From assembly GCA_965203355.1 (NCBI GenBank), contig OZ241889.1:2592001-2656000 (forward strand): a DNA stretch of 64,000 bases, in the 5' to 3' direction. Within the stretch, counting starts at the first letter, position 1, and each line of letters starts with the position of its first letter. Origin of the DNA: Candidatus Latescibacterota bacterium. Lineage in GTDB: Bacteria; Latescibacterota; UBA2968; UBA8231. The notes beneath the pieces were generated by a model, which was not told where the DNA came from, ran no database searches, and saw nothing but the letters and a program-made list of their open reading frames with translations. This document shows positions 31,107-40,698 of this stretch, piece after piece. A program made the translations under genes and the position numbers.

Positions 31107-32298
31107 TAAGCAAGCCTATCTCATGTATTGGGTGCTAGTTTGTGCCCTCTGCGTAGGAGTGGGGGCTTGCTCGGATAGTGCTCTGATACAGCCAGAAGCC
31201 AGCGACAGCGGCGCGGCGTCTTTCGTTATCAGCAGCAAGGTCGTCGCTGCGACTTTGTCGCGTGTTGAGGTGGTTATAACGGGCTCAAATATGGATGAGA
31301 TACGTCAGGATCTGACCATAGATGAAGACACGATTACTGGGGTTGTGCAAAACATACCCGCCGGGAACGAACTCCGTTTTACCCTGAATGGGTACGATTC
31401 CTCTGACAACTTAGTCTATAGTGGGTCGGCAATGGCCGATGTGGTTGCCGGAGAGCAGGTAACGGTCAGAATTACAATGAAAAAGCAGGAAGACAAGATA
31501 TATTGGTTCAATGCCGGTAGCGACAGTATTGGTTTTTATCGCGCTAACCTCGACGGCTCCAAAGAGGAAAAAATCTTAGGCTTCACGTGCTGCTTTTCTT
31601 TAGGAGGACTGGTTATAGACGTGAGCAGCCGCAAGATGTATTGGACTTACCGCTCCCCCGGCAGGCCCGACCGCATTCTACGTAACAACCTCGATGGCTC
31701 ACAGATCGAAAACCTTGTTATCGAGCTCTCTGATCCATGGGGACTGGCTTTAGATGTGGGCGGTGGCAAGATGTATTGGGTAGATGATGGCACGAACAAG
31801 ATTCAACGTGCCAACCTCCTTGATGGCTCACAAGTCGAAGACCTCGTCAGCGTCGTCCATCATCCAAGGAGACTGGCTTTAGATGTGGGCGGTGGCAAGA
31901 TGTATTGGACAGAGCATAGCTCGCGCAAGATTCAACGCGCCAACCTTGATGGCTCACAAGTCGAAGACCTCGTCAGCGGTCTGAGTCGGCCAGAGGGACT
32001 GGCTTTAGATGTGGGCGGTGGCAAGATGTATTGGACAGATTATCGCACGCACAAGATTCAACGTGCCAGCCTTGACGGCTCAGAAATCGAAGACCTCGTC
32101 GTCAGGCAGAATAAGGTAGAAAATCCTACGGAACTGATCTTGGATGTGGACGACGGCAAGATGTATTGGATAGACCAGTATAGGAAGAGCATTCGACGTG
32201 CCAACCTCGATGGCTCAGAAATCGAAGACCTCGTCGTCTGGTCCGATGATGCTAGTTTTTCGGGACTAGCTTTAGATTTGGGCAACCGGAGCCAGTAG
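31078..32298 (+). CDS. Lipoprotein with Ig-like domain and YWTD (LDL-receptor class B) beta-propeller
   Basis: VGAC lipobox; six repeats of type GLALDVGGGKMYWTD...IQRANLDGS..EDL. Confidence 0.88.
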   Translation: MSKSSARLKNKQAYLMYWVLVCALCVGVGACSDSALIQPEASDSGAASFVISSKVVAATLSRVEVVITGSNMDEIRQDLTIDEDTITGVVQNIPAGNELRFTLNGYDSSDNLVYSGSAMADVVAGEQVTVRITMKKQEDKIYWFNAGSDSIGFYRANLDGSKEEKILGFTCCFSLGGLVIDVSSRKMYWTYRSPGRPDRILRNNLDGSQIENLVIELSDPWGLALDVGGGKMYWVDDGTNKIQRANLLDGSQVEDLVSVVHHPRRLALDVGGGKMYWTEHSSRKIQRANLDGSQVEDLVSGLSRPEGLALDVGGGKMYWTDYRTHKIQRASLDGSEIEDLVVRQNKVENPTELILDVDDGKMYWIDQYRKSIRRANLDGSEIEDLVVWSDDASFSGLALDLGNRSQ

Positions 32299-32406
32299 CA
32301 TAGCTACGAGGCGTTTATTCAGCGCGAGTAGCGTCTCGGCTATGGACGCGGCTACTTTCAGGGAGTGGGCGCGGCTCAAGCGCCGCAGAACTCGGCGGAG
32401 GCTCAG

Positions 32407-32580
32407 ATGATTGAAGATCCTATCGTTGAAGAAATTCGCCAGCACCGTACAGCCCATGCTGCCGAACATGGCAATGACCTTGGCCGCATTATTCAATCGC
32501 TCCGCAAGCGCGAACGAGAATCTGCTCGCCCGCTGCTGAACTTAGGGCCAAAGAAGCAAGTACGCCGAACCGAGGGCTGA
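32407..32580 (+). CDS. Small protein of the DPIVEE type, often paired with PIN toxins
   Basis: MIEDPIVEEIRQHR..HA...GNDL; GGAGG RBS; family recalled, not searched. Confidence 0.55.
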   Translation: MIEDPIVEEIRQHRTAHAAEHGNDLGRIIQSLRKRERESARPLLNLGPKKQVRRTEG

Positions 32581-32590
32581 TGTTCGGCGG

Positions 32591-33721
32591 CTAAAAATCC
32601 GCGAATGCGCCGTCCTCTGGGTGGCGGCGCATGGTTCGCTGCCGCCAAGGGCCGCGATGAGTAGCCGCCGCTAGCCCCTCGGGGTCGATCTCCACGCCGA
32701 GTCCCGGCCCTCGGGGCAATTCCACAAATCCATTTTTCATGGGCAAGGGGTTCGTGAAAAACCCTTCGCCGCCGCCCCCGCCGTATTCCATGATGAGGAA
32801 GTTGGGCGTCCCGGCCATCGCGTGTATGGAAGCGACGATGCCGAGGGGGTCGGCCGCGTTGTGGGGCGCGACCGCTATCTCGTGGACTTCGGCTAAGGCG
32901 GCGATTTTCTTCATTTCGAGCAGGCCGCCGCAGTGGCGGATGTCGGGTTGGATGATGGCTGCGGCCTGGCGCTCGCACAATTCGCGGAAACCCCAGCGGG
33001 TGGCGCAGCGCTCACCCGTGGCGATGGGGATGGCGGTCGAGCGCGTCAGTTCCAGTAGGGGGCCGATATTGTCGGTGGAACGGGTCGGCTCCTCGACGAA
33101 GAGCGGTTTTAGCGGTTCGAGTTCGCGCAGCAGCACTTTGGCCAACGCTGGGCTGGCGGCGCGGTGGAAGTCGACGGCGATGTCGATGCCCGGGCCGACG
33201 GCTTCGCGCATGGCCGCCACGTGCGACACGACTCGTTCAATGCCGGCCGGATTTTCAATGGGGCGCACCGGATTGGGGAAGGGGGTGGTTTTGAGCGCGG
33301 TAAAGCCTTGTTCGACGCGCTGGCGAGCGGCTTGGGCGGCTTGCGCTGGGGTCGCGCCGCCGGCCGCTCCATAGACGCGAATCTTCTCGCGCACGGATCC
33401 ACCTAATAGCTTCCACACGGGTAAGTTCGCGGTTTTGCCCAACAGGTCTAGGCAGGCCATTTCAATGCCGCTGAGAGCCGCCAACAGGATCGGCATCTGG
33501 CGGGAATAGCTGGAGCGGTACAGGGTCTGCCAGTGATCTTCGATTTGCAGGGGATCGCGGCCGATCAGATAATCGCCCATGTCGCGGATGGCCCGCTCCA
33601 CTGTGCGGCCGTGTTCGTAGTTCATGGGCGCACCCAGACCGGTGAGGCCAGCGTCGGTTGCGACTTGGAGCAAGAGGCCGCGATTGTTGAGCGGCGCAAC
33701 ATCAAAGCGGGTTATTTTCAT
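32591..33721 (-). CDS. Mandelate racemase/galactonate dehydratase-like enolase-superfamily protein
   Basis: SGIEMACLDL.GK, AVDFH, FVEEP, IATGER, QPD and APHN motifs; start at MKITRF overlapping the upstream stop. Confidence 0.9.
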   Translation of the reverse strand: MKITRFDVAPLNNRGLLLQVATDAGLTGLGAPMNYEHGRTVERAIRDMGDYLIGRDPLQIEDHWQTLYRSSYSRQMPILLAALSGIEMACLDLLGKTANLPVWKLLGGSVREKIRVYGAAGGATPAQAAQAARQRVEQGFTALKTTPFPNPVRPIENPAGIERVVSHVAAMREAVGPGIDIAVDFHRAASPALAKVLLRELEPLKPLFVEEPTRSTDNIGPLLELTRSTAIPIATGERCATRWGFRELCERQAAAIIQPDIRHCGGLLEMKKIAALAEVHEIAVAPHNAADPLGIVASIHAMAGTPNFLIMEYGGGGGEGFFTNPLPMKNGFVELPRGPGLGVEIDPEGLAAATHRGPWRQRTMRRHPEDGAFADF

Positions 33722-34701
33722 CGCAGCCACGCCTTGACCCGTGGGTGGTCGAGGACCGCTGGATTGAGGATGTGTTCTGGCTGGCGACCGGCGATGGCGG
33801 CCGAGACTTGCTCGATGCTCTTGGCGTCGAGGCGCGTGGTGGATTCGACCGTAATGCCGGCGTTGTGATTGGTGCAGATGATGCGCGGGTGATCCTTGTG
33901 GATGGCGCGGGTGCCGTCGACCGGATCGTCCACCACGTAGTAATAGAGTTTTTCCTCTTCGATGGCGCGGTGGACGTCCGCGTCGCTGACGAGATGGCCG
34001 CGCGAGGGATTGATCAGCGAGGCGTGGGGCTGCATCAGGCTGAGCAAGTCGTAGCCGACGATGGGGTCGTCGCCCGAGACGTGGAGCGAGATCGCGTCGC
34101 ACGCGCGAAAGAGCGTTTCGGGCGAGTCGGCGACTTCGGCTCCGCATTGGGCGGCGATGTCGCCGATGTCGGGTCGGGTGTCATAGACGAGCAAGCGACC
34201 GTTTTCGCCCAAGAGCGGCACGGCGCGCTGGGCCACCTCTTGGCCGATGCGGCCGCAGCCGTACAGGCCGAGGGTGGTGTGTTGGGCCTCATAGGTGCGG
34301 ATGATGGAGAAATCGCCGCGGTGGGACCGATGATTGAGGGTATAGACTCGTTTGAGGGTGGCCATCCACTGGGCGATGGTGTATTCGGCGACCGCGTCCA
34401 TGTGGACCGGCGTCACGGTGATAAGCACGCCGTGGCGCGTGGCGGCTGGGACATTCACTTTGTCAAAACCAACACCCCAACGGGCGACGATGCGCAGATC
34501 CTCGGCCGCCGCGTAAAACTCGTCCGTATAGACCGATGAACTGGCGATGGAAGCGATTAGGTCGGGGGCGTGCTCGGCGGTGAGGACGGCAGGCTCCGGG
34601 ATGAGGGTGCCTAAGGAGCGGAGCTTTTCGAGGCCCTGTTCGCGCGCGCTGGAGGCGAATTCGGCGTTTTGGAACTGACTGGTGAGCATGATGTTCGGCA
34701 T
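33718..34701 (-). CDS. D-2-hydroxyacid dehydrogenase
   Basis: RWGVGFD, GLYGCGRIG, LINPSRG and HNAG motifs. Confidence 0.88.
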   Translation of the reverse strand: MPNIMLTSQFQNAEFASSAREQGLEKLRSLGTLIPEPAVLTAEHAPDLIASIASSSVYTDEFYAAAEDLRIVARWGVGFDKVNVPAATRHGVLITVTPVHMDAVAEYTIAQWMATLKRVYTLNHRSHRGDFSIIRTYEAQHTTLGLYGCGRIGQEVAQRAVPLLGENGRLLVYDTRPDIGDIAAQCGAEVADSPETLFRACDAISLHVSGDDPIVGYDLLSLMQPHASLINPSRGHLVSDADVHRAIEEEKLYYYVVDDPVDGTRAIHKDHPRIICTNHNAGITVESTTRLDAKSIEQVSAAIAGRQPEHILNPAVLDHPRVKAWLR

Positions 34702-34726
34702 GTGTATTCCTCTCTACTGCAATGGG

Positions 34727-35587
34727 TTAATCTATTTCGTTTGCGGCTGGAATCGAATCCATCGCGCCCGGACGAGTAACGCACAAAGCTGCGGCTTGGA
34801 CCGCGCGGGCTATAGCGTCTCGCGCCGTCAGGCCGGCGGTCAGGCCGTGAAGAAAATAGCCGATGAAGGTGTCGCCTGCACCCGTCGTATCAACCGCTTC
34901 GACCGGCGGGGCTGGGAGGTGGAATTGCTCCGACGGGGAGCGGTAGTGAACGCCAGCAGCCCCCAGCGTGAGCGCGACTTGGGCATGGGGGCAAAGCGCG
35001 GCCAGTGCCGCGAGCGTGGCGGCCCCCGCCAGGCCCGTGGCTTCGGTTTCGTTGACGATGAGTACATGGACCCATTCGAGGGGATACGCGCGGACTTGCG
35101 GGCCAAAGGGCGCGGGGTTTAAGCATATGGTCAGGCCCCGCTCGGCCGCGGCGGCGATGATGTAAGAAATATCGTTTATCTCGTTCTGCAAGAGGATGAG
35201 GTCCCCTCGGTCAAAACGGGAGAGCACGGCGTCTATGGTACCTCTGCTTATTTGGGTATTGGCCCCGGCAAAGAGGACGATGCTGTTTTGGCCGCGGCGG
35301 TCAACTTGGATAAGGGCGTGGCCGGTGGGGACCGGGCCGACGCGGATGTGCTGCACATCCACGCCCAGCCCAGCCAACTTATCGACCAGCCATTGCCCGT
35401 CTTGCCCGACTTGGCCAGCGTGAAAGACGCGCGCGCCAGCGCGGGCCAGGGCGGCTGATTGGTTGGCTCCTTTGCCGCCGGCAAAGACTTGGTGCGACGA
35501 ACTGGCGATGGTCTCGCCCGGCCGGACGATATGTCCGACTTGATAAACGAGGTCGATGTTGAGCGAGCCGAAGTTGAGGATGTTCAT
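34727..35587 (-). CDS. rbsK: Ribokinase/PfkB family sugar kinase
   Basis: GSLNIDL, GGKGANQ, NETE and DTTGAGDTF motifs. Confidence 0.88.
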   Translation of the reverse strand: MNILNFGSLNIDLVYQVGHIVRPGETIASSSHQVFAGGKGANQSAALARAGARVFHAGQVGQDGQWLVDKLAGLGVDVQHIRVGPVPTGHALIQVDRRGQNSIVLFAGANTQISRGTIDAVLSRFDRGDLILLQNEINDISYIIAAAAERGLTICLNPAPFGPQVRAYPLEWVHVLIVNETEATGLAGAATLAALAALCPHAQVALTLGAAGVHYRSPSEQFHLPAPPVEAVDTTGAGDTFIGYFLHGLTAGLTARDAIARAVQAAALCVTRPGAMDSIPAANEID

Positions 35588-36581
35588 TGGGCTTGGTAGG
35601 TCGTCTCTAGATCCCTCAGCATGAGCTCCATCTGCTTGGGACCTTTGTGATAGATGCTAAGCGATTGTAGGGCGGTATTGGCGATAGTTACTGACTGCTT
35701 TTCTTTGTCAATGCCAATGTATCGCCTTCCTTCGCTCAGGGCGGCCAAGGCCGTGGTCCCGCTGCCGACAAAGCAATCGAGAACAATGTCGTCTGGATCG
35801 GTAAATAGTTTGATAGCTCGCCGAGGCAACTCGATGGGGAACTTGGAGTCGTGATCTGAATTGCTGCGAACAGAGGGGATTTTCCATACCAAGCTACCCA
35901 CTCTTTTTTTTGCAGCCGCGATCTATCGACTTTCGTTATGCCCGGTTTCCAAAAGATGTACAGATATTCGGACTCATCGACCGAGCGGTACGAGATAGTA
36001 TGCCAGCGCGAGTTTTCCCACGCGGCGTCTTTTACCCATAAGCGCCGATCATATAAGTAAAAGCCAGCATCTGTTGCAGATGATTCTATCAACTCGCCCA
36101 CTAGGTAAACCCTTGTTTGGAGTTGGTATTTTCCGCCGCGAATGTTGTTGCCGTTGAGCCGTCGGTCAATCGTTTGTTCACTACATTCAAAATATGCTGC
36201 AAGTTGGTAGCGATTCCACTCAGGATGCTGCTGTTTAACCGCGAGAATATCTTCTTTTGTCAGCTTGATTTTTCTGCGCGAAACATTTTCTGCCATGATT
36301 TTCGGCATACTCTCATCCTTGAAACACAGTATATCGGCGATGTTTATCGCCAAAAAGCCGCCCGGCTTAATTATAGGGAAGTGTAGTTTAATAACCTCGC
36401 GCAATAGTTCCTGCCAATCGGCAAAAGACAAATCGCGTTCGTATTCTTTACCGACATAGTAGGGAGGCGACCATATGCTCAAGGCAATGGATTCTCGGCT
36501 AATTTTCTTTAGAAACTGCCGGGCGTCGCCATGGTATATTTTATTGGGTACGAGTGCATTGAGCACATTTACGGCTGCCAT
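35584..36581 (-). pseudogene. N4/N6 DNA methyltransferase (beta class), frameshifted near 35890
   Basis: SPPY in the 5' ORF; H.SKFP.ELP and VLDCFVGSGTT in a different frame downstream; low GC. Confidence 0.85.
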
Positions 36582-36706
36582 TTGCGGAATATCTCGTGAG
36601 CTTCCATTCCGAAATCGTAAACGGCTTGGAATATCCAACGCAATGTTAGTTGTTCGATTTCCTCGATTTCGCGCGAGGATAGGGCGTGGGGATCTTTTTC
36701 TGTCAT
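36569..36706 (-). pseudogene. N-terminal remnant of an SfiI-like type II restriction endonuclease
   Basis: MTEKDPHALSSREIEEIEQLTLRWIFQAVYDFGMEAHEIF resembles the SfiI N-terminus as recalled; ends after 45 aa, overlapping the MTase start. Confidence 0.6.
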
Positions 36707-36740
36707 GTGTCTTGCTTGCTACACGGATAAGATATTGACG

Positions 36741-37481
36741 CTAAGCCGTTGCTGCGCGATAGGCGGCTTGTGCCGTGGCTTCCAAAAACCGCATGTCGTT
36801 GCTGAAGTCGATAAACTGGAAGCCCTCGGCGACGCGCTGTTTGACTTCGGCGGCGTCCTTAACCGGAATGCCGCAAGGTTTGCCCGCTTTGGCGCAGCCA
36901 GCGCGGAAAGCCTGCAAGGCGGTCTCGTGGTCGGAGTGGCCAGCGGCAACGCCCATGGACATGGCCAAGTCGCCCGGCCCGAGGAAGCCGATGTCAACGC
37001 CTTCGACGCGGGCGATGGCCTCGGCGTTTTCAATGCCCTCCATGTCTTCGATCTGCGGGATGCAGAGGACGGCGTCGTCAAAGCACTGGCGATAGTCCGG
37101 GGCCAACGTGACGCAGCGGCCCGTGCCCACCGACCGGTTGCCGCACGGTGGATAGCGCACGGCTTGGGCCAGTTTTGCGGCCTGCTCTGGGGTGCTGACG
37201 TGTGGGAAAACCAAGCCCCAGGCTCCGGCGTCGAGTAGGCGGGCGGCCGTGGTCGGATCGTGGTCCCAAGCGCGGGCTAAGGGTAGGGCACCGCGCGCCT
37301 CAATAGCGCGGAAAGTATGGGCGATGTGGCCGAGGTCAAAGGCCGAGTGCTCGGCGTCAACTACCAGCCATTTGAAACCGGCCACCGCCATGACTTCGGC
37401 GGCCAGCGGCGAGGTTAAATTGAGCCAGGAGCCAATGGAAGGGTGGCCGGCGGCCAGTTGTTCTTTGATAGGGTTTTGCAT
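36741..37481 (-). CDS. HpcH/HpaI aldolase
   Basis: VDAEHS, LLDAGA, RYPP.G.R, QIE and GPGDL motifs. Confidence 0.92.
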   Translation of the reverse strand: MQNPIKEQLAAGHPSIGSWLNLTSPLAAEVMAVAGFKWLVVDAEHSAFDLGHIAHTFRAIEARGALPLARAWDHDPTTAARLLDAGAWGLVFPHVSTPEQAAKLAQAVRYPPCGNRSVGTGRCVTLAPDYRQCFDDAVLCIPQIEDMEGIENAEAIARVEGVDIGFLGPGDLAMSMGVAAGHSDHETALQAFRAGCAKAGKPCGIPVKDAAEVKQRVAEGFQFIDFSNDMRFLEATAQAAYRAATA

Positions 37482-37599
37482 GGGATTCCCTGCTTGTGGA
37501 TGTGATTCATACCCTCACCGGGGCCAGCCAGAACTTGGGGGGATCGCTTGCCTAGAAAAAGAAGCGATACGGCCCTTCGCTCAACACGGGCGGCATGGG

Positions 37600-38736
37600 T
37601 TATCTAAAGGCGATCAACTCGTCAACTTGCTCTTTGAGTACGCCGAGGACCTCGTCGTACGGGAACTGGCCGATGAGTTGGGGGCCGCGTTTGAGATTGA
37701 CGAAGTTGGGGGCGCACCACAGCCCCAAGTCAGCGTCGTCGGTCTCGCCCGGGCCGTTGACACGGCAGCCCATGACGGCGATGGTGATCTGGTGTTCGCG
37801 GGCGTACTCGGTGAGTGTGCGCACTTGGTGGGCCAAGTCGATGAAGGCTTCATTTTCCACCCGCGAACAGGAGGGACAGGAGATGATGTTCAGGCCGGAC
37901 GGGAGCAACTTGGGCACCGAGCGGAAGCGGCCTGAGTAGATGTCGTCGAGGATCTGCCGCCCGATTTTGACCTCTTCGCCCTTGTCGTCAAACGGCAAGG
38001 TCAGCGACACGCGAATGGTGTCGCCAATGCCGGCGCTGATGAGCTGTTCAAAGGCAATGCGCGTCTTGATCACTCCTTCGGGGGGCATCCCGGCCTCGGT
38101 AACGCCGAGGTGCAAGGGCACATCGGGCCGCTCTTGGGCAAAGCGGGTGTTGGCGGCAATGACCTTGGCCGGGTCGGAGTCCTTGAGCGAGACGCAGTAG
38201 CGCGTGAAACCCAAGTCCTCAAGCAACGCGCAGTGCTCTAAGGCCGAGGCGATCATGGGCGAAATGGAATCGTCGGCCGGGAAGCGCGCGGCTTGAGCCG
38301 GATCGACCGAGCCGCAGTTGACTCCAACGCGCAGAGCGCAATCGCGTTGGGCAGCCTCGTCTGCAATAAAGGCGACTTTGTCGGCGACTGGCTTGCCCTT
38401 TTCGTGGTGGTGGAGGTGCCCGGGGTTGTAGCGGATTTTCTCCACGTGCGGTGCCACCTGGCGGATCAAGCGGTAGTTTTCTTGCAGGTCAACGGATAGC
38501 GGCACGTCAACGGTCTGGGCGATTTGGGCGAGGGCTTCCACGTCTTTTTTGCTATCTACGGCCACGCGGATGACGTCGGCCCCGGCCGCGGCCAGCAGCC
38601 GCAGTTGGCGGGTGGTGGCCGCAATGTCTTGGGTGCGGGTAGCGGCCATGCTTTGCACGGCAATCGGGTGCTGACCGCCGATGGTCGTGCGGCCAATTTG
38701 AACTGAACGGGTGGGATTTCTCGTCGCGGAATTCAT
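37600..38736 (-). CDS. ispG: HMBPP synthase (GcpE)
   Basis: [41 protein letters not shown] and VMGC.VNGPGE motifs. Confidence 0.95.
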   Translation of the reverse strand: MNSATRNPTRSVQIGRTTIGGQHPIAVQSMAATRTQDIAATTRQLRLLAAAGADVIRVAVDSKKDVEALAQIAQTVDVPLSVDLQENYRLIRQVAPHVEKIRYNPGHLHHHEKGKPVADKVAFIADEAAQRDCALRVGVNCGSVDPAQAARFPADDSISPMIASALEHCALLEDLGFTRYCVSLKDSDPAKVIAANTRFAQERPDVPLHLGVTEAGMPPEGVIKTRIAFEQLISAGIGDTIRVSLTLPFDDKGEEVKIGRQILDDIYSGRFRSVPKLLPSGLNIISCPSCSRVENEAFIDLAHQVRTLTEYAREHQITIAVMGCRVNGPGETDDADLGLWCAPNFVNLKRGPQLIGQFPYDEVLGVLKEQVDELIAFR

Positions 38737-38894
38737 GTCCTAAAAGTTAAATGCGCGGTCCTGTTTGTCAAAGTAAGAAAGGGCCGCCGACCGTGCTCTC
38801 TTGCTGGAAACGCGCCTCTTTGTGTATTTGTGTGTCGCACTGCGTTCAATAGATCGAGGAGCTTTTGCCGTGAAAGTATTGGTGCTAGGAGCCG

Positions 38895-40079
38895 GTGGTT
38901 TTGGCGGAAACGAAGGGAGCGACCGTGCCGCCTAAAGTGCCGCAGACAAGGCCCTGTATCCCCGAGGAGGACGTGGCCGCACTGCTTGAGGATTTTGCCC
39001 AGATCCTCCGCAGCGGCCGCCTGACGATGGGGCCGTATTTGGAGCGGTTTGAGCAGGCGTTTGCCGCGTGTGTGGGCGCGGAACACGCCGTGGGTATGAG
39101 CTCGGGAACTGCGCCGCTGGAGGTGGCTTTGCGCTATTGGGGGATCGAAGGGGGGGAGGTTGTGGTGCCGACGAATACGTTTATTGCCTCGTCCAATGCC
39201 GCGCTGTTGGCTGGCGGCCGGCCCGTCCTCTGCGACATAGACCCGCAGACCCTGTCGAGCGGCCTGCCGCAGTTTGAGGCCAAAGTCGGAGCAAAGACGC
39301 GGGCCGTAGTCGCCGTCCACATTGCCGGCCTAATCGCGCCCGACATCGAGGCCATTCGCTCGTTTTGCCGGGTGCGCGGGTTGTTTTTGCTCGAAGACGC
39401 AGCCCACGCCCACGGCGCGAGTGCCGCTGGCCAGCCCGCGGGGAGTTTGGGCGATGCGGCGGGCTTTTCCTTTTTTCCGACCAAGCCGCTGACGGCGGGC
39501 GAGGGGGGCATGTTGACCACCAACGACCGCGATTTGGCCGACTTTGCGCGGAGCTTCCGCACGCACGGGGTGAGTGCCCAGGGCCGCTCGTTGGCGCGCT
39601 TGGGCCACAACTACCGCCTGCCCGAACTGAGCGCGGCGCTCGGCTTGCGGCAACTGGCGCGGCTAGCCGAGCACACCGCCGAGCGCAACCGCCTCGCCCG
39701 TCGCTATCGTCGCGCATTGGCGCGCTTGGGGTGCGGCCAGGTGCTCTTGCCGGAATGTGCCAGCCGAGTACACGCGTACTACAAGTTTCCCGTGCGCTTG
39801 CCGGCCCAAAAAAGACGCGAGTGGGTGGTCGCCGAGTTGCGGGCGCGCTGGGGGATTGAAGCGGGCAGCGTGTACTGGCCGCCGTGCCACCTGACGCCGT
39901 TTTACCAGCGGGAGTTAGGCTATGGTCCCGGGGATTTTCCCGTGGCCGAGGAAGTGCTAGCGCACGTGGTGACCTTGCCGATGTTCCCAGGCTTGAGCGA
40001 CGAGGCCGTGGAAAGGGTGTGCTGCGGCTTGGCCGAGCTATTGGCCGAGGCAGAAGGAGATTGCCGTGTCGGCCAATAA
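38895..40079 (+). CDS. DegT/DnrJ/EryC1 sugar aminotransferase
   Basis: SSGTAPL, EDAAHAHG, SFFPTK and GEGGM motifs; start uncertain. Confidence 0.92.
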   Translation: MVLAETKGATVPPKVPQTRPCIPEEDVAALLEDFAQILRSGRLTMGPYLERFEQAFAACVGAEHAVGMSSGTAPLEVALRYWGIEGGEVVVPTNTFIASSNAALLAGGRPVLCDIDPQTLSSGLPQFEAKVGAKTRAVVAVHIAGLIAPDIEAIRSFCRVRGLFLLEDAAHAHGASAAGQPAGSLGDAAGFSFFPTKPLTAGEGGMLTTNDRDLADFARSFRTHGVSAQGRSLARLGHNYRLPELSAALGLRQLARLAEHTAERNRLARRYRRALARLGCGQVLLPECASRVHAYYKFPVRLPAQKRREWVVAELRARWGIEAGSVYWPPCHLTPFYQRELGYGPGDFPVAEEVLAHVVTLPMFPGLSDEAVERVCCGLAELLAEAEGDCRVGQ

Positions 40080-40698
40080 CCGGGTCTTGGTGCTCGCGCC
40101 GCACACGGACGATGGCGAGCTTGGCTGCGGGGGGACGATCAGCCGCCTGGTCGAAGAGGGGCGCGCGGTGTACTACGCGGCCTTTTCCACGGCGGCCGAG
40201 TCGGTGCCGCCGCCCTTTCCGCCCGACATTCTGGAGCAGGAAGTGCGGCAGGGCACGAAGATGCTGGGCATCCCTCCGGCGAACCTACTTGTCTATAAGT
40301 ACAAAGTGCGCCACCTGCCCCACCTGCGCCAAGAAATCCTCGAAGAGTTAGTGCGGATGAAAAGGGAAATCGACCCCGCAACCGTGTTCTTGCCCAGCGC
40401 CCAAGATCTACACCAAGATCACCAGACCATTCACCTTGAGGGCCTGCGCGCCTTTAAGACGGTCACTGTGCTCGGCTACGAGCTGCCGTGGAACAACCTG
40501 AGCTTTGACTACCGACACTTCTGCATACTCACCCGCGCACACGTGCAGACCAAGGTCGCCGCGCTGCGCTGCTACCAGTCGCAACAGCATCGTCCGTACA
40601 CCCAAGAGGAGTTTATATGGAGCTGGGCGCGGACTAGGGGTGGGCAGATCATGGTGGAATACGCCGAGGCGTTTGACGTGCTTCGGTGGGTGCGCTGA
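40066..40698 (+). CDS. PIG-L/LmbE family deacetylase
   Basis: APHTDD, DLHQDH, Y.SQ and AEAF motifs. Confidence 0.9.
   Translation: MSANNRVLVLAPHTDDGELGCGGTISRLVEEGRAVYYAAFSTAAESVPPPFPPDILEQEVRQGTKMLGIPPANLLVYKYKVRHLPHLRQEILEELVRMKREIDPATVFLPSAQDLHQDHQTIHLEGLRAFKTVTVLGYELPWNNLSFDYRHFCILTRAHVQTKVAALRCYQSQQHRPYTQEEFIWSWARTRGGQIMVEYAEAFDVLRWVR

Noticed and set aside
31078-32298. Diversity-generating retroelement TR/VR pair
   Set aside because: No reverse transcriptase in the window, and differences between repeats are not evidently adenine-specific
33722-34147. Arg-rich N-terminal extension of the dehydratase
   Set aside because: It is an alternate frame of the dehydrogenase gene; the real start is MKITRF at 33721
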